Assembly (NCBI GenBank): GCA_028289135.1
Contig: JAQGGW010000004.1
Location: 758 to 64,757 of the forward strand
DNA: 64,000 bases
Source of the DNA: Candidatus Saccharimonadota bacterium
GTDB taxonomy: Bacteria > Patescibacteriota > Saccharimonadia > Saccharimonadales > JACDBH01
Reading direction: 5' to 3'
This document shows, piece by piece, positions 17,555 through 26,451 of the stretch. The position numbers were made by a program, and so were the translations under genes. The notes under the pieces are model-generated. The model did not search any database and was not told where the DNA came from. It was given only the letters and a program-made list of their open reading frames with translations. Numbering within the stretch: position 1 is the stretch's first letter; each line of letters opens with the position of its first letter.

Positions 17555-17794
17555 TTAAATAATGAACAATGAGGCGAACACGAGTAGCGCCATCAACTCG
17601 ATGATAGCGATAATAACCAAAACCTGGCCAAGATACTTAGCTGCTTCTGGGTTGCGGCCAACTGCGTTCATGAACGCGTTACCGATAAGTCCAATACCAA
17701 TAGCTGGTCCGAACATACCAAAGCCCATCATAATACCTTTAGCAAGGACGGTGTAATCCGGTACTCCTGCTGCTGCGACTGCAAATAACGTCAT
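17555..17794 (-). CDS. atpE: Fo ATP synthase subunit c
   Basis: A 79-aa helical hairpin with GIGLIGNAFMNAVGRNPEA and the ion-binding Glu in IIAIIELMALL. Confidence 0.9.
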   Translation of the reverse strand: MTLFAVAAAGVPDYTVLAKGIMMGFGMFGPAIGIGLIGNAFMNAVGRNPEAAKYLGQVLVIIAIIELMALLVFASLFII

Positions 17795-17852
17795 CTGTTT
17801 TGCTCCTTATTTATTGTGATAATTAGTTAATATTGCCTTTATAAACATATTC

Positions 17853-18680
17853 TCAGGCCCCCGCGTTAACTGCCGTTGGCTCTGCGTGGTCTTCTGACTC
17901 ATGCTGCTCGTGGTGTTTGACGGCGACCGCCAGGTACATCACGGACAACATAACAAAGATATAGGCCTGCAGCGCTCCAACGAGCATCTCAAGAATAACG
18001 AATGGAAGTGAAGTAAGCGGCGCGGCAAATTTGCCCAAGTACGCGAACACCGAAATAATAATTTCACCAATGGCAACGTTTAAGAACAACCGAAGCGCAA
18101 GGCTGCCGATACGGGTAAATTCACCGAGGATTTCGAACAAACCTAAGAAAATGGTCATTGGGTTTTTAAGGCTGCCGTTAAAATAATGGCGAAGGTGCGG
18201 CAAAAGCCCGGCTTCGCGGATTGAAAACAGTTGGATAAAGAACATCGAAACGCAGGCCACGGCCAAAGTGCCGTTAAGATCGGCGGTAAACGGACGGAAA
18301 ACCGGCACGCCGTTGTGGGTAATTGCTTCACCAACGCCTGGGATAAGCCCGAGCCAGTTGCTTAAAACGATAAAGAAAAAGATCGAGACAAAATATGGGG
18401 CGTACTTAAGGGCCTTTTCACGGCTGCCCATTGCCGATGCGATCAGGTTGGTAATAAAGTCGGTGCCAAGCTCAAAAAATTGGATTAAGCCCTTGCGTGG
18501 CTTAACGCGCATCATACGAGCAGCTGTGATGCTGATGATAAGAATAAGTATAGAGCAAACCCAGGCGTAGAGAATGGAGTTGGTAATCGTAAAACCGCCA
18601 ACCTTAAAAAGCTCAAGCGGAGTAATGTGGACGGTTGGGCCGCTTTCTGCAAAACGGGATAAAAGACCGCTTAGAATCAT
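17853..18680 (-). CDS. atpB: Fo ATP synthase subunit a
   Basis: A 275-aa polytopic protein with the conserved LALRLFLNV arginine region. Confidence 0.88.
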   Translation of the reverse strand: MILSGLLSRFAESGPTVHITPLELFKVGGFTITNSILYAWVCSILILIISITAARMMRVKPRKGLIQFFELGTDFITNLIASAMGSREKALKYAPYFVSIFFFIVLSNWLGLIPGVGEAITHNGVPVFRPFTADLNGTLAVACVSMFFIQLFSIREAGLLPHLRHYFNGSLKNPMTIFLGLFEILGEFTRIGSLALRLFLNVAIGEIIISVFAYLGKFAAPLTSLPFVILEMLVGALQAYIFVMLSVMYLAVAVKHHEQHESEDHAEPTAVNAGA

Positions 18681-19009
18681 ACTTTAGAACCTTTCTTCTT
18701 TTTAGCTAACGCTTCTTCAGCATCCATTTCAATCTGTTCTTCTGTAACTTCCTGGATAGATTTCCAGACAACTGCCGCGCCGCCAGCAATGGCTAATATA
18801 AAGCCAGCCAAGGTGTAGGACGGTGAAGTTTTAAAGTGCTGGTCAATTTTGATACCAGCTACAAGGGGTATAAGTACAGTAAGAGCCAGGCGCCAACCCA
18901 TGTTGAGCGTGGCCGCAAAGAACTTACTTTTGGCCGCAAACACATCGATATATTCCTGAGCATCTTTCTCAGTGGTCGTCGTCTTGAGTTTGGCGGCGGC
19001 TTTTCCCAT
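18677..19009 (-). CDS. AtpZ/AtpI-like small membrane protein, first gene of the atp operon
   Basis: 110 aa with two TM helices (GWRLALTVLIPLVAGIKID, LAGFILAIAGGAAVV). Its stop overlaps the atpB start. Confidence 0.6.
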   Translation of the reverse strand: MGKAAAKLKTTTTEKDAQEYIDVFAAKSKFFAATLNMGWRLALTVLIPLVAGIKIDQHFKTSPSYTLAGFILAIAGGAAVVWKSIQEVTEEQIEMDAEEALAKKKKGSKV

Positions 19010-19019
19010 TGGTGCTCTC

Positions 19020-19025
19020 AGTATA
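19020..19025 (-). promoter_or_regulatory. atp operon -10 box (TGTTATACT on the minus strand), 10 nt upstream of the ATG at 19009
   Basis: The reverse complement reads TGTTATACTgagagcaccaATG. Confidence 0.45.
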
Positions 19026-19065
19026 ACAGAGACGCGACACCTGGCGCAAGACTAAGTTTTAGTTT

Positions 19066-19746
19066 TTACTGGCCGATGCCAATAGCGCCCTTGAGCTTAA
19101 CGGAAAAGCTGTCTTCTCCAGGGCCGTTTAGGCCGCCGCAGGTTGCTGGATCTTGTTTGGCGTCAACTGCGGCCGCAGTGGAGGCAACGGTCTTAAACTG
19201 TGCGCTTACATCTTCGTCGGTTGGGCCATAGCTAATCAAAAGCCGGTCTTTGTCACTAATAATCTTATTGTCTACGCGCTCAACTGTTTCGCCGTTTAGC
19301 ATATATTTAACGGTTGATGTGTCGGTGTTGGCGTACATCGTCTCGTCGGTATGGATGTAGTCTGGGCCTATGCTCCAGCCGATGTTTTCAAAGAAGTCTT
19401 GGTAGGTTACGCGCTTGTCGTGGACGTGAATAACATCATTTACATTGTCATGCATGTGCGTCCGACCCTTAACATTGTTGTCATAAGCCGAGGTGCAGGC
19501 GGCGACTTCTTCATAAAATCCGGGGCCGTCAAACTCTTCGCGCGCGCCATTAATATAAACAGCGAAGTTGGCATGATAATGCGTCTCGGCAGGGTGCACC
19601 AGCAAAAATCGTAAAGCACCAAACCACAGCACGCCAGCCACAAAACCAATCAGCAAAAGAGACATGCCAGGGACATTACGGCGGAATTTAGTAAGCAGCT
19701 TGCGCGGAAGAGGTACTGATTTTTCTGGAAGTGGTTTTTTAGCCAT
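19066..19746 (-). CDS. membrane-anchored secreted protein with His-rich motifs (226 aa)
   Basis: An N-terminal TM anchor (MSLLLIGFVAGVLWFGAL) is followed by HPAETHYHANF and RTHMHDNVNDVIHVHD. The start is set at Met35 of track ORF 19066..19848. Confidence 0.6.
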   Translation of the reverse strand: MAKKPLPEKSVPLPRKLLTKFRRNVPGMSLLLIGFVAGVLWFGALRFLLVHPAETHYHANFAVYINGAREEFDGPGFYEEVAACTSAYDNNVKGRTHMHDNVNDVIHVHDKRVTYQDFFENIGWSIGPDYIHTDETMYANTDTSTVKYMLNGETVERVDNKIISDKDRLLISYGPTDEDVSAQFKTVASTAAAVDAKQDPATCGGLNGPGEDSFSVKLKGAIGIGQ

Positions 19747-19790
19747 ATGTTTAGTGTAACAAATTATACGTATGTCTGAGTGAAATCGGG

Positions 19791-19796
19791 TATAAT
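19791..19796 (+). promoter_or_regulatory. -10 box TATAAT, 6 nt upstream of the ATG at 19803
   Basis: GGGTATAATatgtgcATG. Confidence 0.45.
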
Positions 19797-19802
19797 ATGT
19801 GC

Positions 19803-20015
19803 ATGTATTTCGCCGACGACTCAATGCAGGGAATGGACATGCACCCAATAGCTACCACAACACATGCCCATACGGTGACTCCAAGCGGCCTTGAGAGCCC
19901 GGCAGTAGCATTTCCGATTGTTACTCTTGCAGCTGTTGCTGTCATGCTTGCAGCCTATTGGCTTTTGAAGCGTTTTACATCTTGGCAGTTCCCGAATAAT
20001 AAGAAAGGTTTATAG
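19803..20015 (+). CDS. small membrane protein with a Met/His-rich N-terminus (70 aa)
   Basis: MYFADDSMQGMDMHPIATTTHAHT is followed by one TM helix. The ORF ends 2 nt before the glutaredoxin-like gene. Confidence 0.45.
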   Translation: MYFADDSMQGMDMHPIATTTHAHTVTPSGLESPAVAFPIVTLAAVAVMLAAYWLLKRFTSWQFPNNKKGL

Positions 20016-20017
20016 CA

Positions 20018-20254
20018 ATGGTTACCGTTTACAGTGCAACATGGTGCGCATTTTGCCACGCCGCAAAGCAGTATTTCGATAAAATTGGGGTCAAATACGA
20101 AGATAAAGACGTCGAAAAAGACCCCAAAAACGCCCAGGAATCAGTCGAAAAGTCTAACCAGATGGGCATCCCGGTTATAGACATCGACGGAACGATTATT
20201 ATTGGTTTTGATAAGCCCAAAATTGACGCCGCGTTGGCTGCTCACGCTCAATAA
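20018..20254 (+). CDS. glutaredoxin-like protein (NrdH/YruB-like)
   Basis: 78 aa with the CxxC active site WCAFC and a GIPVIDIDG thioredoxin-fold signature. Confidence 0.8.
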   Translation: MVTVYSATWCAFCHAAKQYFDKIGVKYEDKDVEKDPKNAQESVEKSNQMGIPVIDIDGTIIIGFDKPKIDAALAAHAQ

Positions 20255-20314
20255 TAACTGCATATAGTGATAAATATCACAGCCTGACCACCACCCATAG
20301 CGTATTTTTAGATT

Positions 20315-20788
20315 ATGGCAACACCAGAAGTCATAGGTACACCACCGCCAGGGTTTTTATTATCAATGAATAATCAAGCACGATATGCTGACGCATTTAC
20401 GACTGTGCGAGCGGTGGGCGAAAGAGCGACAAGATTTTTTAATGAAGCATGGATACTGGGCAACGATGGCCTGCTTAGATACATGAATCATGCCCTAGAA
20501 ACTGTTCCTTTAGTTGGGCCACAAGAAGAGGAAGCATATGCGAAATGGTTTGCCAAAGACATTCCGACAATGGTGCAAGCGGGTTTAGAACGCCCGCTAC
20601 TAAAGCGAACCGACTGGGCTGAGCTAAGCCGCATTGGAGACCCTGCGGCATATATTGTTGGCGTATTTGAAAGAAAACGCCCGGAGGTATTAAATCCTCG
20701 TAATACATCGGCTATGAAAGCCGCGTTTACCGCTTATAGCGTCTTTGCCGGTGGCATTCATAAATACCGGAATTTCGAGGACGTATAG
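20315..20788 (+). CDS. hypothetical protein (157 aa)
   Basis: No motif recognised. TATTTT lies 6 nt upstream of the ATG. Confidence 0.5.
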   Translation: MATPEVIGTPPPGFLLSMNNQARYADAFTTVRAVGERATRFFNEAWILGNDGLLRYMNHALETVPLVGPQEEEAYAKWFAKDIPTMVQAGLERPLLKRTDWAELSRIGDPAAYIVGVFERKRPEVLNPRNTSAMKAAFTAYSVFAGGIHKYRNFEDV

Positions 20789-20816
20789 TTCTTTACTCAG
20801 CAGCCCAAAACACGGT

Positions 20817-21407
20817 ATGCTAAGAGTACTTATGGCGTTTGAGGATTTTAAAACAAAAGAGTCGGTCGTGTTGGTTTATACCGGCGAGGGCAAAGGCAAA
20901 ACATCTGCCAGCGTGGGGCTGATGGCGCGCGCATTAGGACGGGGGTGGAAAGTGGCCTATGTGCAATTTGTAAAAACCTGGGAAACAGGCGAGTCGCAGT
21001 TTATTGCCAAACTGCTAGAATCTAAAGTTTTTGAAGATAAATTGGTTTATTTTAGAGGCGGCAAAGGATTTTATAACGCCGGTGATTTAAGCGCCAAAGA
21101 TGTTAGCGAAAACGAGCATAAAGAAGCCGCCCGTACCACTTATGAATTTGCACTTAAATGCATTAAAGACCCATCGTTTGACCTAATTATCTGCGATGAA
21201 ATCAACAACTCCGTGCATGATGGCCTTTTGCCAAAGGCTAGCCTCAAAAAGCTCCTAACCAGCCGCGGCGCAGGTACTAGCATTTGTGTAACTGGGCGTA
21301 ACTTCCCAGAGGACCTTTTGCCGCTAATGGACATAGCCACCAACATGACCAAAATTAAGCACCACTTTGATGATAAATTTTTGGCTAACAAAGGTATTGA
21401 TTACTAA
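20817..21407 (+). CDS. cob(I)yrinic acid a,c-diamide adenosyltransferase (CobO/BtuR family)
   Basis: VLVYTGEGKGKTSASVGLMARALGRGWKVAYVQFVK plus ICDEIN match the CobA/CobO/BtuR P-loop family. The start is set at an internal Met downstream of the previous gene's stop. Confidence 0.7.
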   Translation: MLRVLMAFEDFKTKESVVLVYTGEGKGKTSASVGLMARALGRGWKVAYVQFVKTWETGESQFIAKLLESKVFEDKLVYFRGGKGFYNAGDLSAKDVSENEHKEAARTTYEFALKCIKDPSFDLIICDEINNSVHDGLLPKASLKKLLTSRGAGTSICVTGRNFPEDLLPLMDIATNMTKIKHHFDDKFLANKGIDY

Positions 21408-22402
21408 TGTTTGCAGCAACTGCAGTTCAAAGCCTCAACATCCACGCAGCATGGTGGCACTGGGCGCTACTCGGCGGCTGGTTTTTATTTTTGATCCTTT
21501 TTGACATTTTGGTTGTGCACCGCAAAGACCATGTGCCGACGCTTAAAACGGCCGTCCAACAGAGTGCAGTGTGGATCGCGCTTGGCGTTGCACTTGGTTT
21601 AGTGGTATTTGCGGCCTATGGACATGAAGCGGGCAGCCAGTATTTTAGCGGCTATTTGATAGAGAAATCATTGTCTGTCGATAACGTGTTTGCGTGGTCA
21701 GTGATATTGGGCTACTTTAAGGTGCCAAAAGAGTATCAGCACCGGGTGTTGTTCTGGGGGATATTTGGCGCGCTAATTATGCGCACTGTGTTTGTTTTTG
21801 CCGGCATTTCATTGATTAACCACTTCGAACCAATCTTGCTCGTTTTTGGAATCCTGCTCTGTTTTAGCGGCTACAAACTTCTTAAAACCCGCGAAGAAGA
21901 TGAATTTGACCCAAGCAAAAGCAAGCTTTTTAAAACAATTAAAAAAGTTATTCCTGTTAGCCATGGCTTGGACGGCCACAAATTGTTCACAGCCGAAAAT
22001 GGAAAACGGGTTGCCACCATGCTGTTTATGGCGTTGCTTGTCATAGAAATCACTGATGTAATCTTTGCCGTGGACAGCGTTCCGGCAATCTTGGCCATTT
22101 CGCGTGATCCTTTCATTGTGTTGGCCAGCAATGCCGCCGCCATCTTGGGTCTCCGCGCACTATATTTTGTGTTTGAGTTTATTAAGGATAAGTTCTGGAT
22201 GCTAAATAAAGCGCTCGGCGTTTTGCTGTTCTTTATTGGTGTAAAAATGTTTATAACGCCTGAGAAAATTTTTGGCCACGCTTGGCTGTATGTTCACATT
22301 TCAACGGGAATCAGCCTGATAATTATTGGCCTTATGCTTGCAGTTGGCATAGTCGGTTCATTACTCTATCCTCAGGCCACAAATCCCACACCAGCTAAGT
22401 AA
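21407..22402 (+). CDS. TerC-family integral membrane protein
   Basis: A 331-aa polytopic protein with EKSLSVDNVFAW and FAVDSVPAILAIS, the TerC signatures. Confidence 0.8.
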   Translation: MFAATAVQSLNIHAAWWHWALLGGWFLFLILFDILVVHRKDHVPTLKTAVQQSAVWIALGVALGLVVFAAYGHEAGSQYFSGYLIEKSLSVDNVFAWSVILGYFKVPKEYQHRVLFWGIFGALIMRTVFVFAGISLINHFEPILLVFGILLCFSGYKLLKTREEDEFDPSKSKLFKTIKKVIPVSHGLDGHKLFTAENGKRVATMLFMALLVIEITDVIFAVDSVPAILAISRDPFIVLASNAAAILGLRALYFVFEFIKDKFWMLNKALGVLLFFIGVKMFITPEKIFGHAWLYVHISTGISLIIIGLMLAVGIVGSLLYPQATNPTPAK

Positions 22403-22432
22403 ATGTGGGCAAAGCCCAGCATTATACTTAGC

Positions 22433-22542
22433 CTCTCGGCTCATTTCGGCTTGAGACTTTGCGGTGCGCAGAAGCAGTACCCACATGTACAACTTCTTTG
22501 CGCTTCGCAGCCTCGCACCGAAATGAGCTCGAGTGTGGAATC
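22433..22542 (+). repeat. intergenic structured repeat, type 2, copy D (candidate cis-acting RNA element)
   Basis: A long helix GGCTCATTTCGG / CCGAAATGAGCT encloses TTGCGgtgCGCAG, the mini-hairpin GTACccacatGTAC and TTTGCGcttCGCAG. The 3' block is AGCTCGAGTGTGGAATC. It is collinear with the copy at 61468. Confidence 0.7.
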
Positions 22543-22560
22543 TGTGGTAAGCTCACCACT

Positions 22561-23151
22561 ATGAAAAGATTACTGACAAGCCGGGACAGGCGTAAATTAC
22601 TGTCATTTGGGATTAGCCTGATTATATTAGGCGGCACGGCTATTGCCCAAAAACAGGGGTGGCTGCACAAAGCGGCAGCCACTGTACAGCAAGTCCAGCC
22701 AGGTACATATAAAGTCGTGGAGTTTGTTGACGGCGACACGATTGCGGTCGACATGAACGGGAAAACCGAAAAACTTCGGTTCATTGGAGTTGATACGCCA
22801 GAAACCCATGACCCCCGTAAAGCCGTGCAGTGTTTTGGCGTTAAAGCCGCGGCATTTACAAAAGGCTTGATCGGCAGCAACAATGTCCGGTTAGAAAGCG
22901 ACCCGCTTGGCACCAACCGCGACCGCTACGACCGCCTGCTGCGCTACATCTACCTCCCAGACGGCACACTGGTAAACGCCGAGATAATCAAACAGGGCTA
23001 CGGCTTTGCTTACACTGGCTTTCCGTTTACCAAATCTGATGAGTTTTTGGCCGACCAAAAAGCCGCCCGCGAAGGCAACAAGGGCCTTTGGAATAGCTGC
23101 ACACCAACAGCCAATCAGTACGGTGGATTTACGAGCAACAATGCCAACTAA
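22561..23151 (+). CDS. secreted thermonuclease (SNase / micrococcal nuclease-like)
   Basis: A TM/signal anchor is followed by VVEFVDGDTIAV...RFIGVDTPET...DRYDRLLRYIY. The start is set at Met35 of the track ORF because the upstream part overlaps repeat D. Confidence 0.85.
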   Translation: MKRLLTSRDRRKLLSFGISLIILGGTAIAQKQGWLHKAAATVQQVQPGTYKVVEFVDGDTIAVDMNGKTEKLRFIGVDTPETHDPRKAVQCFGVKAAAFTKGLIGSNNVRLESDPLGTNRDRYDRLLRYIYLPDGTLVNAEIIKQGYGFAYTGFPFTKSDEFLADQKAAREGNKGLWNSCTPTANQYGGFTSNNAN

Positions 23152-23888
23152 AGCAGGGAGGCGTGGCCGGCAACGTCATGAACGCGGATATATGCCGCAC
23201 CGTGTTCCTTGGCAATTCTACCAGCCGCCAAATTAACCTCGTTATCCAAACGTTTTTCACCTAAGAATCTTTTGCGCGAATAGCCAATCATAACCTTATA
23301 CTCCGGCACTTCTTCGGCAAACTTTAGCAGTTTTTCGTTAAGCGCCATTGTTTTGCCAAAACCAACGCCCGGGTCAAGAATTATCTGCTCACGGCTTAAA
23401 CCCTTGCTCATCAGTAGCTCAGCTTTAGCCAAAAGGTCACGCTTAACCTGTTCAACCGTCGAAACAGGGTCGCTGGCGTGTGCCGCCTGAATATCCGCCC
23501 CAGGCAAATGGCTAATAATCACCGTAGGCTTAAGCTCAGAAACAGCCTCAACCATGCCAGGGTTATTCATCCCAGTAACGTCATTAATAATTACCGGCCC
23601 CAAACTAAGAGCCCGGTGCACGGTTTCTGGGTGATAAGTGTCAACTGAGATTTTGCCCGAATATAGTACTAATAACTCCCTAAGAACTGGCTCCAGCCGC
23701 AGCCATTCTTCGTCCGGTGTTAAAGCCACAGCGTGCGGCCGCGTGGACTCCGCACCCACGTCAACCATTGCGGCGCCGTCTGTAAACAGCTTTTTAGCCT
23801 GGGCAAGTGCTGCGGCCGGGTCAAAAAAGTTACCACCGTCCGTAAAGCTGTCGGGCGTGACGTTTAAAATTCCTACAAGTTTTACCAT
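23148..23888 (-). CDS. folP: dihydropteroate synthase
   Basis: MVKLVGILNVTPDSFTDGG...VDVGAESTRP...DPGVGFGK. The start is set at Met60 of track ORF 23148..24065. Confidence 0.9.
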   Translation of the reverse strand: MVKLVGILNVTPDSFTDGGNFFDPAAALAQAKKLFTDGAAMVDVGAESTRPHAVALTPDEEWLRLEPVLRELLVLYSGKISVDTYHPETVHRALSLGPVIINDVTGMNNPGMVEAVSELKPTVIISHLPGADIQAAHASDPVSTVEQVKRDLLAKAELLMSKGLSREQIILDPGVGFGKTMALNEKLLKFAEEVPEYKVMIGYSRKRFLGEKRLDNEVNLAAGRIAKEHGAAYIRVHDVAGHASLL

Positions 23889-23923
23889 CCAGTCATAGTA
23901 GCAAAAACAGGCTAAAACACCGC

Positions 23924-24733
23924 CTAATTCGAACTTTTGCCGCCAAAAAGCCCGCTGACAAAGTTTAAGAAAAAGACAAAATAGTAGCCACCATAAACCA
24001 CATAAACCCCAACCCAGCCCAGCCAGGCTCGTTTTAGCTTGTGCAGATAAAGCGTCCGCGGCCACATTTTTAGATAAATCATGTGTTTGGCGCGGGTGTC
24101 ACGCTTGGCGCTCAGCAGCCGCGAATCAACGCCGACTTTGAGCCCGGCTTGATAGGTAATCTTGTAGCCGTGTTCGTGCAGGTGGATCGCCAAGTCCATA
24201 TCCTCATGGATAGTTGGCAAGTTATGCACTTCATTCTTAACGTCATCCCACAGCTTTTTATTGAATGCCATGTTTGAGCCCCAGGCGATGTAGTAGCCCA
24301 TAATAAAGCGGTTGGTGCGGAATGCGATCTGTCCCTGGATCCAGCCAAAAAATTTGGGCAGTTTTAGGTCATAAAAATACGAACCGCCGGTTAGCAAATG
24401 GTTAGGATACTTTTCGATATAAGAGCGTACATGCCGTACCCAGTGGCGGGGGATACGGCTGTCGGCATCAATCCGGCCGATGATGTCGCCGCGCGCCGCA
24501 TTAAAGCCAACATTGCGGGCATAGGCGATTCCTTGTTCATGCGCATGGAGCACCGTTACAAATGGAAATGTTTTGGCGATAGCTACGGAGTTGTCGGTTG
24601 AGTTGTTGTCCACGACCAACACTTCAAGCGGAGCCTCATACTGGGCCGCAATTGCATCAAGGCACGCTTTAATGTGGTCTTGCTCGTTATAAACTGGTAT
24701 AACTAATGTAAGCGTAAGCATTTTATCTATCAT
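23924..24733 (-). CDS. family 2 glycosyltransferase
   Basis: LTLVIPVYNEQDHIKACLDAIAAQ...VVDNNSTD...RIDADS are GT-A/GT2 motifs. Confidence 0.82.
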   Translation of the reverse strand: MIDKMLTLTLVIPVYNEQDHIKACLDAIAAQYEAPLEVLVVDNNSTDNSVAIAKTFPFVTVLHAHEQGIAYARNVGFNAARGDIIGRIDADSRIPRHWVRHVRSYIEKYPNHLLTGGSYFYDLKLPKFFGWIQGQIAFRTNRFIMGYYIAWGSNMAFNKKLWDDVKNEVHNLPTIHEDMDLAIHLHEHGYKITYQAGLKVGVDSRLLSAKRDTRAKHMIYLKMWPRTLYLHKLKRAWLGWVGVYVVYGGYYFVFFLNFVSGLFGGKSSN

Positions 24734-24749
24734 AGTTCTTACCTACATT

Positions 24750-25913
24750 ATGGCACAGAAAAAACCCACAACTCATCGCAAAACACCCCCGGTTGGCTTT
24801 TGGCAGCAAGCCTGGGGCCGCTTTACGGACTGGACCGTAAAACACCACTTCTTTAAACGGCTTTTTATCGGCTTTTTTGCTTTGCTTATCCTGGCCGTCA
24901 GCTCGATGTACGGCATTGCCCAGTGGTATATTCATAGCAACTCAAACAAACCGCTTGTTGTGGGCGCAACCTTTGTACCAGATTACGCGCGTTATTTTGG
25001 CCTTGACCCTAAAACTACTTTTAGCGCCATTGTTAACGACTTGGGCGTTAAAAACGTCCGCTTGGTGAGTTATTGGGATAATATAGAGCCTGCACAGGGG
25101 AGTTATAACTTCGACGAACTTGACTGGCAGTTTAAAATGGCCGAGGATGCCGGCATTAAGGTATCTTTGGCGCTGGGGCTAAGGCAGCCGCGCTGGCCAG
25201 AATGCCACGAACCAACTTGGGCCACCAAACTGCTCGACAAATCTTGGGAGCAGCCGCTTTATGACTACATGAGCGCCGTTGTAAACCGCTATAAAAACAG
25301 CCCGGCATTGGACAGCTACCAGTTGGAAAACGAATTTTTCTTAAAAGCTTTTGGCGAATGCCACGACTTTAGCCGCGATCGCTTAGTGCATGAGTTTAAT
25401 ATGGTCAAGGCGCTTGATCCTGTCCACACACTGGTGGTCAGCATGAGCAATAATGCCATCGGCACGCCAATTGGCGACCCAACGCCAGACGAGTGGTCCA
25501 TATCGGTATACAAGCGCGTCTGGGACAAAACAATCACCAAGCGCTACTTCGAATATCCAATCCCGGCCTGGTACTACGCTTTTCGCGCAGGGTTCACCAA
25601 AATCACCCGCGGGCATGATTCATTTATCCACGAACTCCAAACAGAGCCCTGGACGCCGGATAGCTTTACGGGCGGCATTACCGGCACACCGCTGGCCGAA
25701 CAAGACAAATCAATGAATGCCGAAATTTTAACCAACCGCATACAGTACGCCCAAGCAACTGGCATGAAAACCGTCTATCTCTGGGGGGTCGAGTGGTGGT
25801 ACTGGCGCATGACGGTAAAAAACGACCCGAGCATTTGGATAGCCGGCCGCAGTAAAATCCAAGAGATCAATGACCACAACCAAACAATCCTTAGCAAATT
25901 GTCGAAGAAGTAA
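24750..25913 (+). CDS. membrane-anchored TIM-barrel glycoside hydrolase-like protein (GH5/GH42-like)
   Basis: An N-terminal TM anchor is followed by VRLVSYWDNIEPAQGSYNFDELDWQF...QLENEFF, a pattern with a catalytic Glu context. The family assignment is tentative. Confidence 0.55.
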   Translation: MAQKKPTTHRKTPPVGFWQQAWGRFTDWTVKHHFFKRLFIGFFALLILAVSSMYGIAQWYIHSNSNKPLVVGATFVPDYARYFGLDPKTTFSAIVNDLGVKNVRLVSYWDNIEPAQGSYNFDELDWQFKMAEDAGIKVSLALGLRQPRWPECHEPTWATKLLDKSWEQPLYDYMSAVVNRYKNSPALDSYQLENEFFLKAFGECHDFSRDRLVHEFNMVKALDPVHTLVVSMSNNAIGTPIGDPTPDEWSISVYKRVWDKTITKRYFEYPIPAWYYAFRAGFTKITRGHDSFIHELQTEPWTPDSFTGGITGTPLAEQDKSMNAEILTNRIQYAQATGMKTVYLWGVEWWYWRMTVKNDPSIWIAGRSKIQEINDHNQTILSKLSKK

Positions 25914-25975
25914 CTGTTTTAAGCCATAATTTATAGCATAATTATACCATTGTTGTCAATGCTTGTGCTTTAAGA

Positions 25976-25981
25976 TATACT
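25976..25981 (+). promoter_or_regulatory. -10 box TATACT, 6 nt upstream of the smpB ATG
   Basis: AAGATATACTacagagATG. Confidence 0.4.
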
Positions 25982-25987
25982 ACAGAG

Positions 25988-26446
25988 ATGGCAAAGAAGA
26001 AAAAACATACAAGCGGTGTCGTCGCCAACAAACGGGCGTTTTTTGACTATACCATCTCGCAGCCGCTGGTTGCCGGGATTGCTTTGACGGGCCCGGAAGT
26101 TCGCAGTATCCGTTCTTCCCATGCCAGCTTGGTTGGCGCTTTTGTGACCATCAAAGACGGGGAAGCCTATCTGTTAAATGCCCAAGTAATGCCGCTTAAG
26201 ACCAATGCCGCGCACTTGCCAAGCGAAATGCAGATCCGCACACGTAAACTACTGCTTAAAAAACGCCAGCTTGAAGATTTGGCCCAGGCGAAGCAGCAGG
26301 GCTACACTATTATTCCGCTCAAAATCCTTACCAAAGGCAAATTTATAAAAGTCGAGATTGCACTTGCAAAGGGTAAGCGGCAGTACGACAAACGTGAAAG
26401 CATAAAAAAACGCGACACAGCGCGTGATATTGCTCGTAATATTTAG
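25988..26446 (+). CDS. smpB: SsrA-binding protein
   Basis: VANKRAFFDYTI...GIALTGPEVRSIR...LLLKKRQL is canonical SmpB. Confidence 0.9.
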   Translation: MAKKKKHTSGVVANKRAFFDYTISQPLVAGIALTGPEVRSIRSSHASLVGAFVTIKDGEAYLLNAQVMPLKTNAAHLPSEMQIRTRKLLLKKRQLEDLAQAKQQGYTIIPLKILTKGKFIKVEIALAKGKRQYDKRESIKKRDTARDIARNI

Positions 26447-26451
26447 TTAGC

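Noticed and set aside
22428-22916. A 162-aa ORF on the minus strand.
   Set aside because: It is antisense to the thermonuclease gene and runs through structured repeat D. No motif was recognised, and its composition is typical of an antisense frame.
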